Source of the DNA: Bacteroidota bacterium
GTDB taxonomy: Bacteria > Bacteroidota > Bacteroidia > 2-12-FULL-35-15
NCBI GenBank assembly: GCA_029237775.1
Contig: JAQZBR010000006.1
Span: 194,159 to 258,158 of the forward strand
DNA: 64,000 bases
Reading direction: 5' to 3'
Below the pieces are notes generated by a model. The model was not told the origin of the DNA. It did no database searches and saw only the letters and a list, made by a program, of their open reading frames with translations. Position numbers and translations under genes: made by a program. Shown here one piece after another: positions 38,067-47,434 of the stretch. How positions within the stretch are numbered: position 1 is the first letter of the stretch; every line of letters starts with the position of its first letter.

Positions 38067-38455
38067 ATACGACAATTGAATTGAAAAGTGCGATTGAAGT
38101 TCTTAGAATTCAGCAGAAAGAACGCGGATTGGAATTGAAAGTTCAGTTGAAAACTACTTTTGATAGCCTCAAGCCGGCCAACCTTATTAAAAGCACCATT
38201 ACGGATCTTGTTTCAGATTCGGAAATCAAAGGAAATTTTCTTGGTAAAGCATTGGGCTTTAGTGCAGGTTTCTTTTCAAAGAAATTATTAGTTGGTGCAA
38301 GTATGAATCCAGTTGTGAGTATTCTTGGTACTGTGTTACAAATGGGCATTAGCAGATTTGTAGCAAATAACGGTGAAAAAATAAAGGAAAAAGGGTTAAG
38401 CTTTATAAAAAATCTTCTAAGTAAAAAAAATCCAAAAGGCCAAAATGAAATCTGA
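38054..38455 (+). CDS. Hypothetical protein (third member of the YtxH/holin-like cluster)
   Basis: 133 aa with no recognised domain. Its start overlaps the upstream stop. Confidence 0.4.
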   Translation: MHKINTTIELKSAIEVLRIQQKERGLELKVQLKTTFDSLKPANLIKSTITDLVSDSEIKGNFLGKALGFSAGFFSKKLLVGASMNPVVSILGTVLQMGISRFVANNGEKIKEKGLSFIKNLLSKKNPKGQNEI

Positions 38456-39539
38456 TCTTAAATTTCCTTTCTATGCAAAGGCTTCTCTTGTATTTATAGG
38501 GCTCTTTTCATTTATCAGTATGTTATACATTGCACGGTCAATTATTGTCCCGGTGATTTATTCGGTTATCATTGCAATTGTCCTGACGCCTGTGGTAGAT
38601 TTTTTTGTCAAAAGAAAACTTAACCGGGTACTTGCTATCGGAATGACTCTGGCCCTTCTGATCATATTTACTATTGCCGCCATTGTATTATTATCATCAC
38701 AAATGATGGTGTTCAGTGATACTTTTCCAGACCTGGTCAGGAAGTTTCACGAACTGACAGCGCAAAGTATCGCATGGGTGTCTGAAAATTTTAATATCAG
38801 TACACGGAAGATAAATACATGGCTGGCAGAAAAGAATAAGTCAGCTATGACCGGGGCCGGTGCAGCACTTAATCAAACATTGATTAATACAGGAGGTGTG
38901 CTCATCATTTTGGTATTGATTCCGGTTTACACATTTATGATACTTTTTTATCAGCCATTGCTTATAGCGTTTATTCACAAGCTTTTTAAGGCTGTTCATA
39001 AGGATGAAGTTAATGCAGTGCTTGCTGCAACTAAAAAAATCATCCGGAGTTATCTCATTGGATTGCTGATCGAAGCGGCTATTATAGCAATACTCAATTG
39101 CAGCGCCTTGCTGATACTAGGAATAGATTATGCGATCTTACTTGGTGTTATCGGTGCTATGGTGAATGTTATTCCTTATATAGGCGGATTTATTGCTGTA
39201 GCATTACCAATGATCATAGCTTTAACAACAAAATCTCCTGCTGCAGCACTCTCGGTTTTTGGCGTTTATGTAATAATTCAGTTCATCGATAATCATTACA
39301 TTATTCCTAAAGTGGTTGCATCAAAAGTGCAGATCAATGCTCTTATGTCGATAGTTGTAGTGCTATGCGGTGGCGCTCTTTGGGGAGTGCCGGGGATGTT
39401 CCTTTCAATTCCGCTGATTGCTATTCTCAAGGTAATCTTCGATCATATTGAACCTTTGAAGCCCTGGGGATATCTCCTGGGTGATAGTATGCCGCCATTA
39501 TTGGGGAAGTACTCGCCTTTTAAAAAAGTAACCAATTAA
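38445..39539 (+). CDS. AI-2E family transporter (UPF0118/PerM-like permease)
   Basis: ~8 TM helices with motifs ..ARSIIVPVIYSVIIAIVLTPVVDFF.. and ..GVPGMFLSIPLIAILKVIFDH.. typical of AI-2E/PerM. Confidence 0.75.
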   Translation: MKSDLKFPFYAKASLVFIGLFSFISMLYIARSIIVPVIYSVIIAIVLTPVVDFFVKRKLNRVLAIGMTLALLIIFTIAAIVLLSSQMMVFSDTFPDLVRKFHELTAQSIAWVSENFNISTRKINTWLAEKNKSAMTGAGAALNQTLINTGGVLIILVLIPVYTFMILFYQPLLIAFIHKLFKAVHKDEVNAVLAATKKIIRSYLIGLLIEAAIIAILNCSALLILGIDYAILLGVIGAMVNVIPYIGGFIAVALPMIIALTTKSPAAALSVFGVYVIIQFIDNHYIIPKVVASKVQINALMSIVVVLCGGALWGVPGMFLSIPLIAILKVIFDHIEPLKPWGYLLGDSMPPLLGKYSPFKKVTN

Positions 39540-39552
39540 ATAAACTATAAAA

Positions 39553-39789
39553 ATGAAAAAAGTAGCAATTATCCTGTTTGCAGCATTAACATGCGGATTT
39601 ATGTCTTGCAGGAAAGACCGTGTATGTACCTGTACATATAATAAAGTCGGTTCTTCCAGCATTGAAACACAAATAACCACTTACGATAAAGTGACGAAGA
39701 AGTCTGCCTTGGCAACATGTTCTTCCGGGACAAGTTATAATCAGTCTGATCCTTCGAATACGGAGACGCGTACCTGCACTTTAAAATAA
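39553..39789 (+). CDS. Small Cys-rich lipoprotein (hypothetical)
   Basis: MKKVAIILFAALTCGFMSC lipobox-like signal. 78 aa. Confidence 0.4.
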   Translation: MKKVAIILFAALTCGFMSCRKDRVCTCTYNKVGSSSIETQITTYDKVTKKSALATCSSGTSYNQSDPSNTETRTCTLK

Positions 39790-39810
39790 TCCTGTGAAAA
39801 TTTAGAGAGA

Positions 39811-39843
39811 AACACCACGAAATTTCGTGGTGTTCTTTTTTTT
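39811..39843 (+). terminator. Rho-independent terminator (perfect hairpin aacaccacgaaa/tttcgtggtgtt followed by a T9 run)
   Basis: Perfect palindromic stem followed by cttttttttt. Confidence 0.6.
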
Positions 39844-39935
39844 ACAATGTCCCTCAGGCTTCAGTGTGCGATTTTGCAGTATTGATACCTGTTTACCGCT
39901 AAAATCTTATATTTGATAAAGCATAGCTGCATCTA

Positions 39936-40499
39936 ATGTCATTCTTTTCTTATCTATCCTCGCTGATCCATGTTTCAGACTCGCTAAAGGCGGAGCTCCT
40001 TTCTATTACGGAGGAGTTGAATGTTGGTCGCAACGAACCAATCGTTGAGATCAATAATCGTTGCAACGATCTTTTTTTTATTGAGAAAGGTTTAGTCAGG
40101 GGCTTTTATTATGAAGGCGGTAAGGAGATCACAAATTGGTTTGCGCAGGAAGGTGAATTCGCAACCTGCTTTTATTCGTTTATTGCAATCAAACCTGCAT
40201 TTGAGACTATTGAAGCACTTGAAGATTCTATCCTGATAAGGATTCCTCATGCCGGCCTTGAGAAATTGTATCTGAAATTTCCTGAAACTGAACGTGTCGG
40301 AAGAATTATTACGGAAGCATACTACATTAAGCTGGAAGAGCGTTTGTTGAGCTTACAGTTTAAAAACGCCAAAGAAAGATATCAGAATTTTGTTTTATCA
40401 AAGCCATCGTTGTTGCAGCGGGCTTCGCTCGGACAAATAGCATCCTACCTTGGGATTACTCAGGAAACCCTGAGTCGGATCAGAGCAGGCTCTCACTAG
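39936..40499 (+). CDS. Crp/Fnr-family transcriptional regulator
   Basis: cNMP-binding beta-roll (..FFIEKGLVRGFYYEGGKEIT..) and a C-terminal HTH RASLGQIASYLGITQETLSRIR. Confidence 0.75.
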   Translation: MSFFSYLSSLIHVSDSLKAELLSITEELNVGRNEPIVEINNRCNDLFFIEKGLVRGFYYEGGKEITNWFAQEGEFATCFYSFIAIKPAFETIEALEDSILIRIPHAGLEKLYLKFPETERVGRIITEAYYIKLEERLLSLQFKNAKERYQNFVLSKPSLLQRASLGQIASYLGITQETLSRIRAGSH

Positions 40500-40576
40500 T
40501 ACCGATTTTGATATTTGTCAAAAATATCTTCACAGCGCTAATTTAATTTTGTGTTATAATATTAAAACTCAAAATT

Positions 40577-40996
40577 ATGAAAAGACCATCAAATGCATTT
40601 ATTGCGGCCTCATGGGTTGCACTATTCACCGGTGCCATCGCCTTTAATGTTGGTTTGTGGAATGCCGATATGGAGTTAAATGAAAAAGGTTACTATTTTA
40701 CAGTACTCATGTTTGGCTTGTTTTCCGCGGTCTCCTTGCAAAAAGCGGTGAGGGATCAAATGGAAGGTATTCCTGTTACCGGACTTTATTATGGGATCAG
40801 CTGGTTCGCCACTATTTTAAGTATTCTTTTGCTTGTGATTGGACTATGGAATGCCGATCTGATGAGAAGTGAAAAAGGTTTTTACGGAATGTCTTTTATT
40901 CTCGCTTTGTTTTCTGCGGTTGCTGTTCAAAAAAACATCCGTGATTGCATGGCTGCGGAAAATTCTTCCTTGAAATCAACAGACAACCAGGCCTGA
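40577..40996 (+). CDS. YiaA/YiaB two-helix-domain inner-membrane protein
   Basis: Duplicated module [38 protein letters not shown] / [39 protein letters not shown]. Confidence 0.55.
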   Translation: MKRPSNAFIAASWVALFTGAIAFNVGLWNADMELNEKGYYFTVLMFGLFSAVSLQKAVRDQMEGIPVTGLYYGISWFATILSILLLVIGLWNADLMRSEKGFYGMSFILALFSAVAVQKNIRDCMAAENSSLKSTDNQA

Positions 40997-41007
40997 TTAA
41001 AACAATC

Positions 41008-41045
41008 TTAGAATTCCGGGCAGATTATTTCTGCCCGGAATTTTT
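41008..41045. terminator. Bidirectional hairpin terminator between convergent genes
   Basis: ttccgggcag-attatt-tctgcccggaa followed by ttttta. Confidence 0.5.
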
Positions 41046-41810
41046 ATTCAGTGACTTAGCGATTCCAATAAGAAAAGTGAGTGGCGCTGCGGCAGCTAAT
41101 AAATGTTTCAACGTGTGGCCGCTTATAAATGACAGGGAGTCGAAAATGCTGTGATCCAGTCTTTCTGAAATCTTTGAGGCAGCATAGAGCAAAAGCATTA
41201 TCCAGAGATGGGTTTTTGTAAGCCTGTTTGCTTTAAATACAGATAACATTACTGGTATAATTATCATAGGCAAGAATTGGACTATAATGTATAAGCGGAG
41301 GTCTCCCTGCCCGTTATATTCGGTGTAACACCAATATAGAACCGATAGAATCCCAATGGACAGTAAAGTGATAAGAAGAGATGCTTTTTTACTGAATTCC
41401 GTATACTCTATTATTATAATTGAGAAAAAGGACATAAAAGAGATTGTCATAGGGAGCCTGTCCCAAACTAGAGTTGAATTGTCAGGAGTTGTATGATAAT
41501 ATGCAGAGCCTATTCCGGTCAATGTGATACCTATAAAAAAAACAAAATAATTGGGTGTCTGTGACTTGATTAATGGATGCTGCCTCTTTAATAACACATA
41601 CAATATTCCTGTTATTCCAATCAATAAGAATGGCAGATTACTCACCACATTCCTGAAATTGGGTAAATTATAAAGTGTGGCTGAATCAGCGAAATGATGA
41701 TATGTCTGGTCTTGCGGAATCCGAGGCAATAAACAAAAAAGTATTGATGCTAAGAGAAGCAACAGAATCAGGAGTTGCGATGTTTCCGGTTTACTTTTTT
41801 TTGTTTTCAT
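41025..41810 (-). CDS. Ceramidase-family (alkaline-ceramidase-like) polytopic membrane hydrolase, putative
   Basis: 7-TM layout with conserved ..QTYHHFADSATLYNLPNFRNVVSNLPFLLIG.., ..GSAYYH.., ..WDRLPM.. and ..SGHTLKHLLAA.. motifs. Start at MKTKKSK (cat at 41808-41810). Confidence 0.45.
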   Translation of the reverse strand: MKTKKSKPETSQLLILLLLLASILFCLLPRIPQDQTYHHFADSATLYNLPNFRNVVSNLPFLLIGITGILYVLLKRQHPLIKSQTPNYFVFFIGITLTGIGSAYYHTTPDNSTLVWDRLPMTISFMSFFSIIIIEYTEFSKKASLLITLLSIGILSVLYWCYTEYNGQGDLRLYIIVQFLPMIIIPVMLSVFKANRLTKTHLWIMLLLYAASKISERLDHSIFDSLSFISGHTLKHLLAAAAPLTFLIGIAKSLNKNSGQK

Positions 41811-41915
41811 AAGGTTGTTTTTTTGACAAATTTCTGTAACACAATCTTCAATCCTTTTGATAAAAATCAAAAACGGGCGTTGTAAACCGCAATAAGAATT
41901 AGGTATATTTAGATC

Positions 41916-43451
41916 ATGATAAAGAAATCGTGTGCCTTGCTTTTTTTCGCAATTATTTTGTTGTCGGCCTGTTCAGGTTCAAAAGAAAAGCAGCCAGCAA
42001 CTATGGATTTTTGTTCTTTGATCCATTTTGATAAGCCGGTCGGATTATCTTCTAAGCTCGACCCGCTGAGATCTTTGATGAGCGCCAAGACAGGGGTGTT
42101 CCCTCTTGAGCATGGTGATGGCTCAATGATTTCAAGAGCGTGGCTTTGTGAGAATGCAGAAAGGACGATAGATGTACAGTATTTCATTTTCACAGCAGAT
42201 AATGTCGGCCTGATCGCGGTGGACTATTTGGTGCGGGCTGCGGACCGGGGAGTAAAGGTTCGCATTCTCGTTGACGATATAATGGTGGATTCGGATGAAG
42301 AAAAATTGTTAACGCTGGATGCACATAAAAATATTTCAATTAAAATATATAATCCGGGAACCAATGTCGGAAAGAACATCGCGGATAAGATCATTAATTT
42401 AAAATATGATTTCAGAGGCTCTAACCAACGGATGCATAATAAAACATTCACGGTTGATGGCGATGTGGTAATTACAGGCGGAAGAAATATAGCTGATGAA
42501 TATTTCGATTATGATCATGAATATAATTTTCGAGACAGGGATGTTCTTCTTATAGGAGGATGTGTTAAAGATATTCAGGCATCCTTCGCACAATTCTGGA
42601 ACAGCCCTTTGAGCAGAGAGGTGACCTTGCTGACGGATAAGTCAGATTATAAAATTGATGTGGCGTCTAAATTCGAGCAGTTACATCAATATGCTTGTGA
42701 TTCTAATAATTTCTGGCCTCAGGTTAGAGAAAATATTAAACAGATTCCTTTCGTTTTCGACAAAATCATTAAGAGTGGCGAGTTGCAATGGCTCGACAGT
42801 GTCGTATTTGTTAGTGATGTTCCCGGAAAAAATAATGGAAAGGAAGGCCTCGGAGGAGGGGGAAATACTACCACTGCGCTAATAGAGCTTGTGAAAAATG
42901 CAAAGAAGTCAATCGTAATTCAGTCGCCATATCTTATCACGACCAAAATCGGGAAAAATTTATTTCGCGATGCTGTTAATAGAGGTGTTAAAGTAACTAT
43001 AATGACAAATAGCCTTTCTTCAACAGATAACCTTGAGGCTTTCAGCGGATATCAGCGGGACAGGGATGAGTTGCTTCAAACAGGTGTCAGGATTTTTGAA
43101 TACAGGCCGGATGCTTCGATTCGGAAAAATATAATGACGGGCGGTCTGCAGAAGAAACTTGACTACACCCCGGTTTTTGGCTTGCATGCAAAAGGAATGG
43201 TAATCGATTCTTCTATCACTGTGATCGGAACATTTAACCTTGATCCAAGAAGCGCGAACCTTAATACAGAGTGCATCACAATAATTCATTCTGCAATAAT
43301 AAGTAGAGGGGTAATGCAAGGAATAGAGGAAGAGCTCAAGCCTGAAAACAGCTGGGAAACAACATTGAAATTTAATCCTGATGATTATGCCGGATATAAG
43401 AAAAACATGAAGGTGATGACGAGAAGGATAGTTCCGAAAGATATTCTATAA
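41916..43451 (+). CDS. Phospholipase D-family (two HKD motifs) lipoprotein
   Basis: Lipobox LLSACSG. HKD motif 1 is HNKTFTVDGDVVITGGRNIADEY and HKD motif 2 is LHAKGMVIDSSITVIGTFNLDPRS. Confidence 0.75.
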   Translation: MIKKSCALLFFAIILLSACSGSKEKQPATMDFCSLIHFDKPVGLSSKLDPLRSLMSAKTGVFPLEHGDGSMISRAWLCENAERTIDVQYFIFTADNVGLIAVDYLVRAADRGVKVRILVDDIMVDSDEEKLLTLDAHKNISIKIYNPGTNVGKNIADKIINLKYDFRGSNQRMHNKTFTVDGDVVITGGRNIADEYFDYDHEYNFRDRDVLLIGGCVKDIQASFAQFWNSPLSREVTLLTDKSDYKIDVASKFEQLHQYACDSNNFWPQVRENIKQIPFVFDKIIKSGELQWLDSVVFVSDVPGKNNGKEGLGGGGNTTTALIELVKNAKKSIVIQSPYLITTKIGKNLFRDAVNRGVKVTIMTNSLSSTDNLEAFSGYQRDRDELLQTGVRIFEYRPDASIRKNIMTGGLQKKLDYTPVFGLHAKGMVIDSSITVIGTFNLDPRSANLNTECITIIHSAIISRGVMQGIEEELKPENSWETTLKFNPDDYAGYKKNMKVMTRRIVPKDIL

Positions 43452-43452
43452 C

Positions 43453-44151
43453 CTAAGCGGGCACATTAAAGATAAAGCCGACACCAAAAACATTTCCAAT
43501 CGAAAGGTCTGCATCTTCCTTCAGGTATTTTCTGATCTTGGTTATGAAGACATCGAGGCTTCTTCCTGCGAAGTAATCATTCTCTCCCCACAGTTCTTTT
43601 AACATGTCTTCTCGTTTTATTAAAATATTCCGGTGGTCACAAAGATACTTCAGGATGCCGGCTTCCTTTTCAGTAATTCTCCTGGCTTTATGATTCAGTA
43701 CTAACAACTGCTGATCGAAGTCGAAGATGAATTTTCCAATTGAAATGATCTCTTGCTTACTTTCTATCTTTTGTTCCGGGATTCTACGTATGATCGCCTT
43801 TATTTTCCAGAGCAGCTCTTCTTCGTCAAACGGTTTGGTAATGTAATCATCTGCACCAAGGTCGTACCCTTTTAATTTATCCGGCTTTAAGGAACGTGCA
43901 GTAATAAATATTATGGGTATCTTTTTATTTGTTGCCCTTATCTCCCTGGCTAGTGAGAACCCATCCAACTTCGGCATCATAACATCCAGCAAACATAATT
44001 CAAATGGTTGTGATTGAAAGATCTTCAAAGCAATTTCTCCGTCTTTACAAAGTTTGACTGCAAAGCCTTCAGTCTCGAGATAATCAACTAAAAGTACACC
44101 CAGGTTAAGGTCATCTTCAGCCAGTAATATGCCGGGTTTGGGTTTAATCAT
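43453..44151 (-). CDS. OmpR-family response regulator (receiver + winged-helix)
   Basis: ILLAEDDLNLG...LCLLDVMMPKLDG receiver and a C-terminal trans_reg_C (..RRITEKEAGILKYL...VFGVGFIF). Confidence 0.85.
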   Translation of the reverse strand: MIKPKPGILLAEDDLNLGVLLVDYLETEGFAVKLCKDGEIALKIFQSQPFELCLLDVMMPKLDGFSLAREIRATNKKIPIIFITARSLKPDKLKGYDLGADDYITKPFDEEELLWKIKAIIRRIPEQKIESKQEIISIGKFIFDFDQQLLVLNHKARRITEKEAGILKYLCDHRNILIKREDMLKELWGENDYFAGRSLDVFITKIRKYLKEDADLSIGNVFGVGFIFNVPA

Positions 44152-45388
44152 TTGGTAAGGTTATTATCACTTTGGTTCCTTTGTCTTTCTCACTATCAAT
44201 TTCTACAGAACCTTTATGGAGGTCGATAATTTTTTTGATATAGGACAGTCCTAGTCCGAATCCTTTCACATTGTGTATGTCACCGGTTGGAATTCTGAAA
44301 AACATGTCGAACACTTTCGAATGATATTCTTTTTCAATACCAATTCCTTTGTCTGCAATTTCCAATACCAGCTTGTTCTGATGATTGTATGTCCTGATCA
44401 ATAGTTCCGGTTTTTCCGTTGAGTACTTTATTGAATTGTCAAGAAGATTACACAGTGTATTTGTTAAATGCATTTTATCACCGGTGACTATAGAATTCTG
44501 AGCATTAAGTTCCTGATTCAAAACTCCTGATCTGTTCTCAATTTGAACGCTCATAGATTTTGCGACATTCTCAATCAGTTCATGGATATTCAACTCTGTC
44601 ATTTGCAATGGGATTTCGCCTCTCTCCAGTGCAGTCATGCTTAATACCTGTTCAACCTGAAGCTTTAATTTTTCATTCTCAGCGAGAATAATGCCTGAGT
44701 AATGCTTGATTTTATCTTCGTTGTTACGGTTCGCGTCTCTGGTTATCATCTTTCCGGCAAGAGCAATGTTTGTCAGAGGTGTTTTGAATTCATGCGTCAT
44801 GTTATTAAGGAAGTCGGTAGTGTGTTCTGAAAGTTTCTTCTCGGCAATCAGTGACTTGGTGGTTCGCCAGAACATAAATAATACCAGGAATGTCAGAATT
44901 ACAGAAGTGACAAAGAGAGGTCCCATTTCAGCCATAATGAATTGTTTCTTATCGGGGAAATTCAATTTCAGTTGCCATTTATTTGTTTTGTTGATCTCAT
45001 CAAAGCTTGCAGAGTAGCATCCGGGTTGTGAAGTATAAAACTCGCTTGAAGAAATAGTATCATTTACCACGGTCCGAAAGGCGGGCTTAAAGATTTTAAA
45101 AGTGTAAGCAATGTGAAAATCATAGAAATTCATGTAATGCTTAAACAGGGAATCAATTCTTGTTGTGTCGCTTCGGCTTATTCCTGATTCCATACTCCTG
45201 CATATTTCCTGATCCGCAAGAAGGGCTTCGGTTGTTCTTGCAAGAACGATATTCGCCTTTTCGTTGAATAGCTCTTCTTTATCCTTAGCACTATCCAGAA
45301 TCCAGTTCACCTGGATCAGAAGTACTATAAGCAAGGCTAGTGATGAAAGAAGGATAAAGGAATTATTGCGATCGGGTTTCATTGTCAC
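44144..45388 (-). CDS. Sensor histidine kinase (TM, HisKA, HATPase_c)
   Basis: H-box MTHEFKTPLTNIAL, N/G boxes ..DKGIGIEKEY...GFGLGLSYIKK. It overlaps the downstream RR gene by 8 nt. Confidence 0.8.
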   Translation of the reverse strand: MTMKPDRNNSFILLSSLALLIVLLIQVNWILDSAKDKEELFNEKANIVLARTTEALLADQEICRSMESGISRSDTTRIDSLFKHYMNFYDFHIAYTFKIFKPAFRTVVNDTISSSEFYTSQPGCYSASFDEINKTNKWQLKLNFPDKKQFIMAEMGPLFVTSVILTFLVLFMFWRTTKSLIAEKKLSEHTTDFLNNMTHEFKTPLTNIALAGKMITRDANRNNEDKIKHYSGIILAENEKLKLQVEQVLSMTALERGEIPLQMTELNIHELIENVAKSMSVQIENRSGVLNQELNAQNSIVTGDKMHLTNTLCNLLDNSIKYSTEKPELLIRTYNHQNKLVLEIADKGIGIEKEYHSKVFDMFFRIPTGDIHNVKGFGLGLSYIKKIIDLHKGSVEIDSEKDKGTKVIITLPND

Positions 45389-45523
45389 AGTAAAATTAAG
45401 AATTTATATGCGCAAAAGATCTGCGTTAACAAGTCATTAACAAGACGATAACTACTCAATAACAGATATTCCATATTTATAGTTTTAAATTTGGATCAAT
45501 ATTAAATCTTAAAAAAGTGCAAA

Positions 45524-45946
45524 ATGGATGTGGTAAAAATTTGTTTGGCGACTGCTGTTTTAACTGTAGCAGGTGCATGTACCTCAACTAAAAAAAGTGC
45601 TTCATCTTCTGAAGTGAAAACAACCACTTCAACAGAAACTGTAACGTCCGATAATTCATACCTTTTTAATAAACCTACCGGAATAAAAGTTCCGGGTAAT
45701 GAGGACCTGTCAGCTATACAGCTACGTTATCCGGATGTGACATTACAAAAGCTAAGCGAGGGTCATGTCATATATTCCCAGGGAGCATGTGTAAGCTGTC
45801 ACGCTGCACAAAGTATTTACAATTATGGTGAAGAACAATGGAAAAAGATCATTGATGATATGTCGTTCAGGGCGAATATTAGCGATGAACAAAAGGATGC
45901 GGTCTATAAATATGTTATGGCGATGAAAGCCACGCAACCTAAATGA
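45524..45946 (+). CDS. Small lipoprotein with a CxxCH haem-c binding motif (putative mono-haem c-type cytochrome)
   Basis: Signal + Cys (..LTVAGACTS), Ser/Thr linker, then ..YSQGACVSCHAAQS.. Confidence 0.4.
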   Translation: MDVVKICLATAVLTVAGACTSTKKSASSSEVKTTTSTETVTSDNSYLFNKPTGIKVPGNEDLSAIQLRYPDVTLQKLSEGHVIYSQGACVSCHAAQSIYNYGEEQWKKIIDDMSFRANISDEQKDAVYKYVMAMKATQPK

Positions 45947-45986
45947 TCTGAAGAGTTTTTTTAAATATATAAAATCAGGAAATGAT

Positions 45987-46808
45987 ATGGGAAAGTACTT
46001 AATGATATTCTTTTTAGTATCTGGCTTACAGGGCTTCGGGCAGAATTCCAGATATCAATACACACCCAGATTTATTCCGGAAATCAAATCAGATAAGGTA
46101 AAGGAGGCAAGATTTCTTAATCAGATCATGCCTGAGTTTACGACACGCTTTGCGCTTCCTTACAATGAACATGAACAGTTCCGGGAATTAACATCTTTAT
46201 TCATAGCTCCCACAACGTATTATAATTATCCTCAGGGAAATTATTTACATATCCGCGAGAATTATGAAACCATTATTGAATATGTTGCAATAGAAATTGT
46301 CTGTCGGAATAATGGTAAGGAGGTGAGGGCAAAAAGTACCGATGATATCCTTACTACGGAACAGAAGAAGATCTTGAATTCTGCTGATTTAGGTGCTGAT
46401 ATCCTGATCAAAATAAAATTCAGATATAAAGGCTGGGTGAACGCAAAATATAAATCGGGAGAAGATATCAAAGAAGGATCTTATTCTGTTGTTATGGTAC
46501 CTGAAACAGAGGCTGAGTATCCCGGAGGGATAGATAAGCTATCATCTTTTTTAGGGCAAAACATATTTAATAAATTATCCTCTGGCAAACAAATATCAAA
46601 CTTCCTGAGGGCGTCCGTTAAATTCAATGTGAATGAAAATGGAGTTGTTGAAAATGTCAGGATCGAACAATCATCCACTGATAAAGCGATTGATAATTTA
46701 ATAAGAGACGCGATTAATAAGATGCCTGTCTGGAAAGCAGCGAAGGACTCCCAGGGTATAAAGGTTAATCAGGAATTTACTTTGAGTTTTAATGGAGGAG
46801 GTTGTTAG
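45987..46808 (+). CDS. TonB C-terminal-domain-containing protein (Bacteroidetes 'energy transducer TonB'-like C-terminus)
   Basis: C-terminal ..ETEAEYPGGIDKLSSFLGQNI...VKFNVNENGVVENVRIEQSSTDKAIDNLIRDAINKMPVWKAAKDSQGIKVNQEFTLSFNGG. Confidence 0.45.
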   Translation: MGKYLMIFFLVSGLQGFGQNSRYQYTPRFIPEIKSDKVKEARFLNQIMPEFTTRFALPYNEHEQFRELTSLFIAPTTYYNYPQGNYLHIRENYETIIEYVAIEIVCRNNGKEVRAKSTDDILTTEQKKILNSADLGADILIKIKFRYKGWVNAKYKSGEDIKEGSYSVVMVPETEAEYPGGIDKLSSFLGQNIFNKLSSGKQISNFLRASVKFNVNENGVVENVRIEQSSTDKAIDNLIRDAINKMPVWKAAKDSQGIKVNQEFTLSFNGGGC

Positions 46809-46813
46809 ACCGG

Positions 46814-47350
46814 CTAATTATTTTTTAGTTCGGAGATTTCACGCTTCAGGTTTGTTAACTCCAGATTTAGCTTCTTGTTTTTTTCTTCAAGAGTATTGAT
46901 CAGTTCCACTTTTTGCTCTTCAAGTTTTTTAAGATCTGATATATCTCTTGTAAAACATCTTGTGTGGACGAATTTGTCTTCTTTCCACAAAACGTTCGAG
47001 TTGATAAGCACAGGCTTTATATCACCGTTTTTACATTTCAGGTGTGCCGGATAATTGCGTAAAGTTTCTTTATTCATTAGTCTTCCGAGAATATCAGAAA
47101 TAGTCTCTTGGTCAGCATGAAAGTTGGAGATATGTTTACCAATATATTCTTCTTTTGAATACCCGAGCGAATCCAGTTCCGCTTGGTTTGCCCAGAGGAT
47201 GATTCCGCTTCCATTTACCCAGTGCAATGGGACTGAAGCGTTTTCAATGAAGTCAGTGAGTTCTTCAACGCGATTGGCTAATTCCGCGCGTTGTTTCTCA
47301 CATTCTTCTATGTTAGTTTTTGTTTCCAAATCCATGCGGTTCCTCGTCAA
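46814..47350 (-). CDS. Stand-alone PAS-domain protein with flanking coiled coils
   Basis: ..VPLHWVNGSGIILWANQAELDSLGYSKEEYIGKHISNFHAD... PAS fold, with charged heptad-like N- and C-termini. Confidence 0.55.
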   Translation of the reverse strand: MTRNRMDLETKTNIEECEKQRAELANRVEELTDFIENASVPLHWVNGSGIILWANQAELDSLGYSKEEYIGKHISNFHADQETISDILGRLMNKETLRNYPAHLKCKNGDIKPVLINSNVLWKEDKFVHTRCFTRDISDLKKLEEQKVELINTLEEKNKKLNLELTNLKREISELKNN

Positions 47351-47434
47351 ATATCATGCTGCTTTGATTTAGAATGGTTTTGGGAAAATAATACCTCAAT
47401 CTAAAAGATACAACACATTGACTACGTTGAGAGA

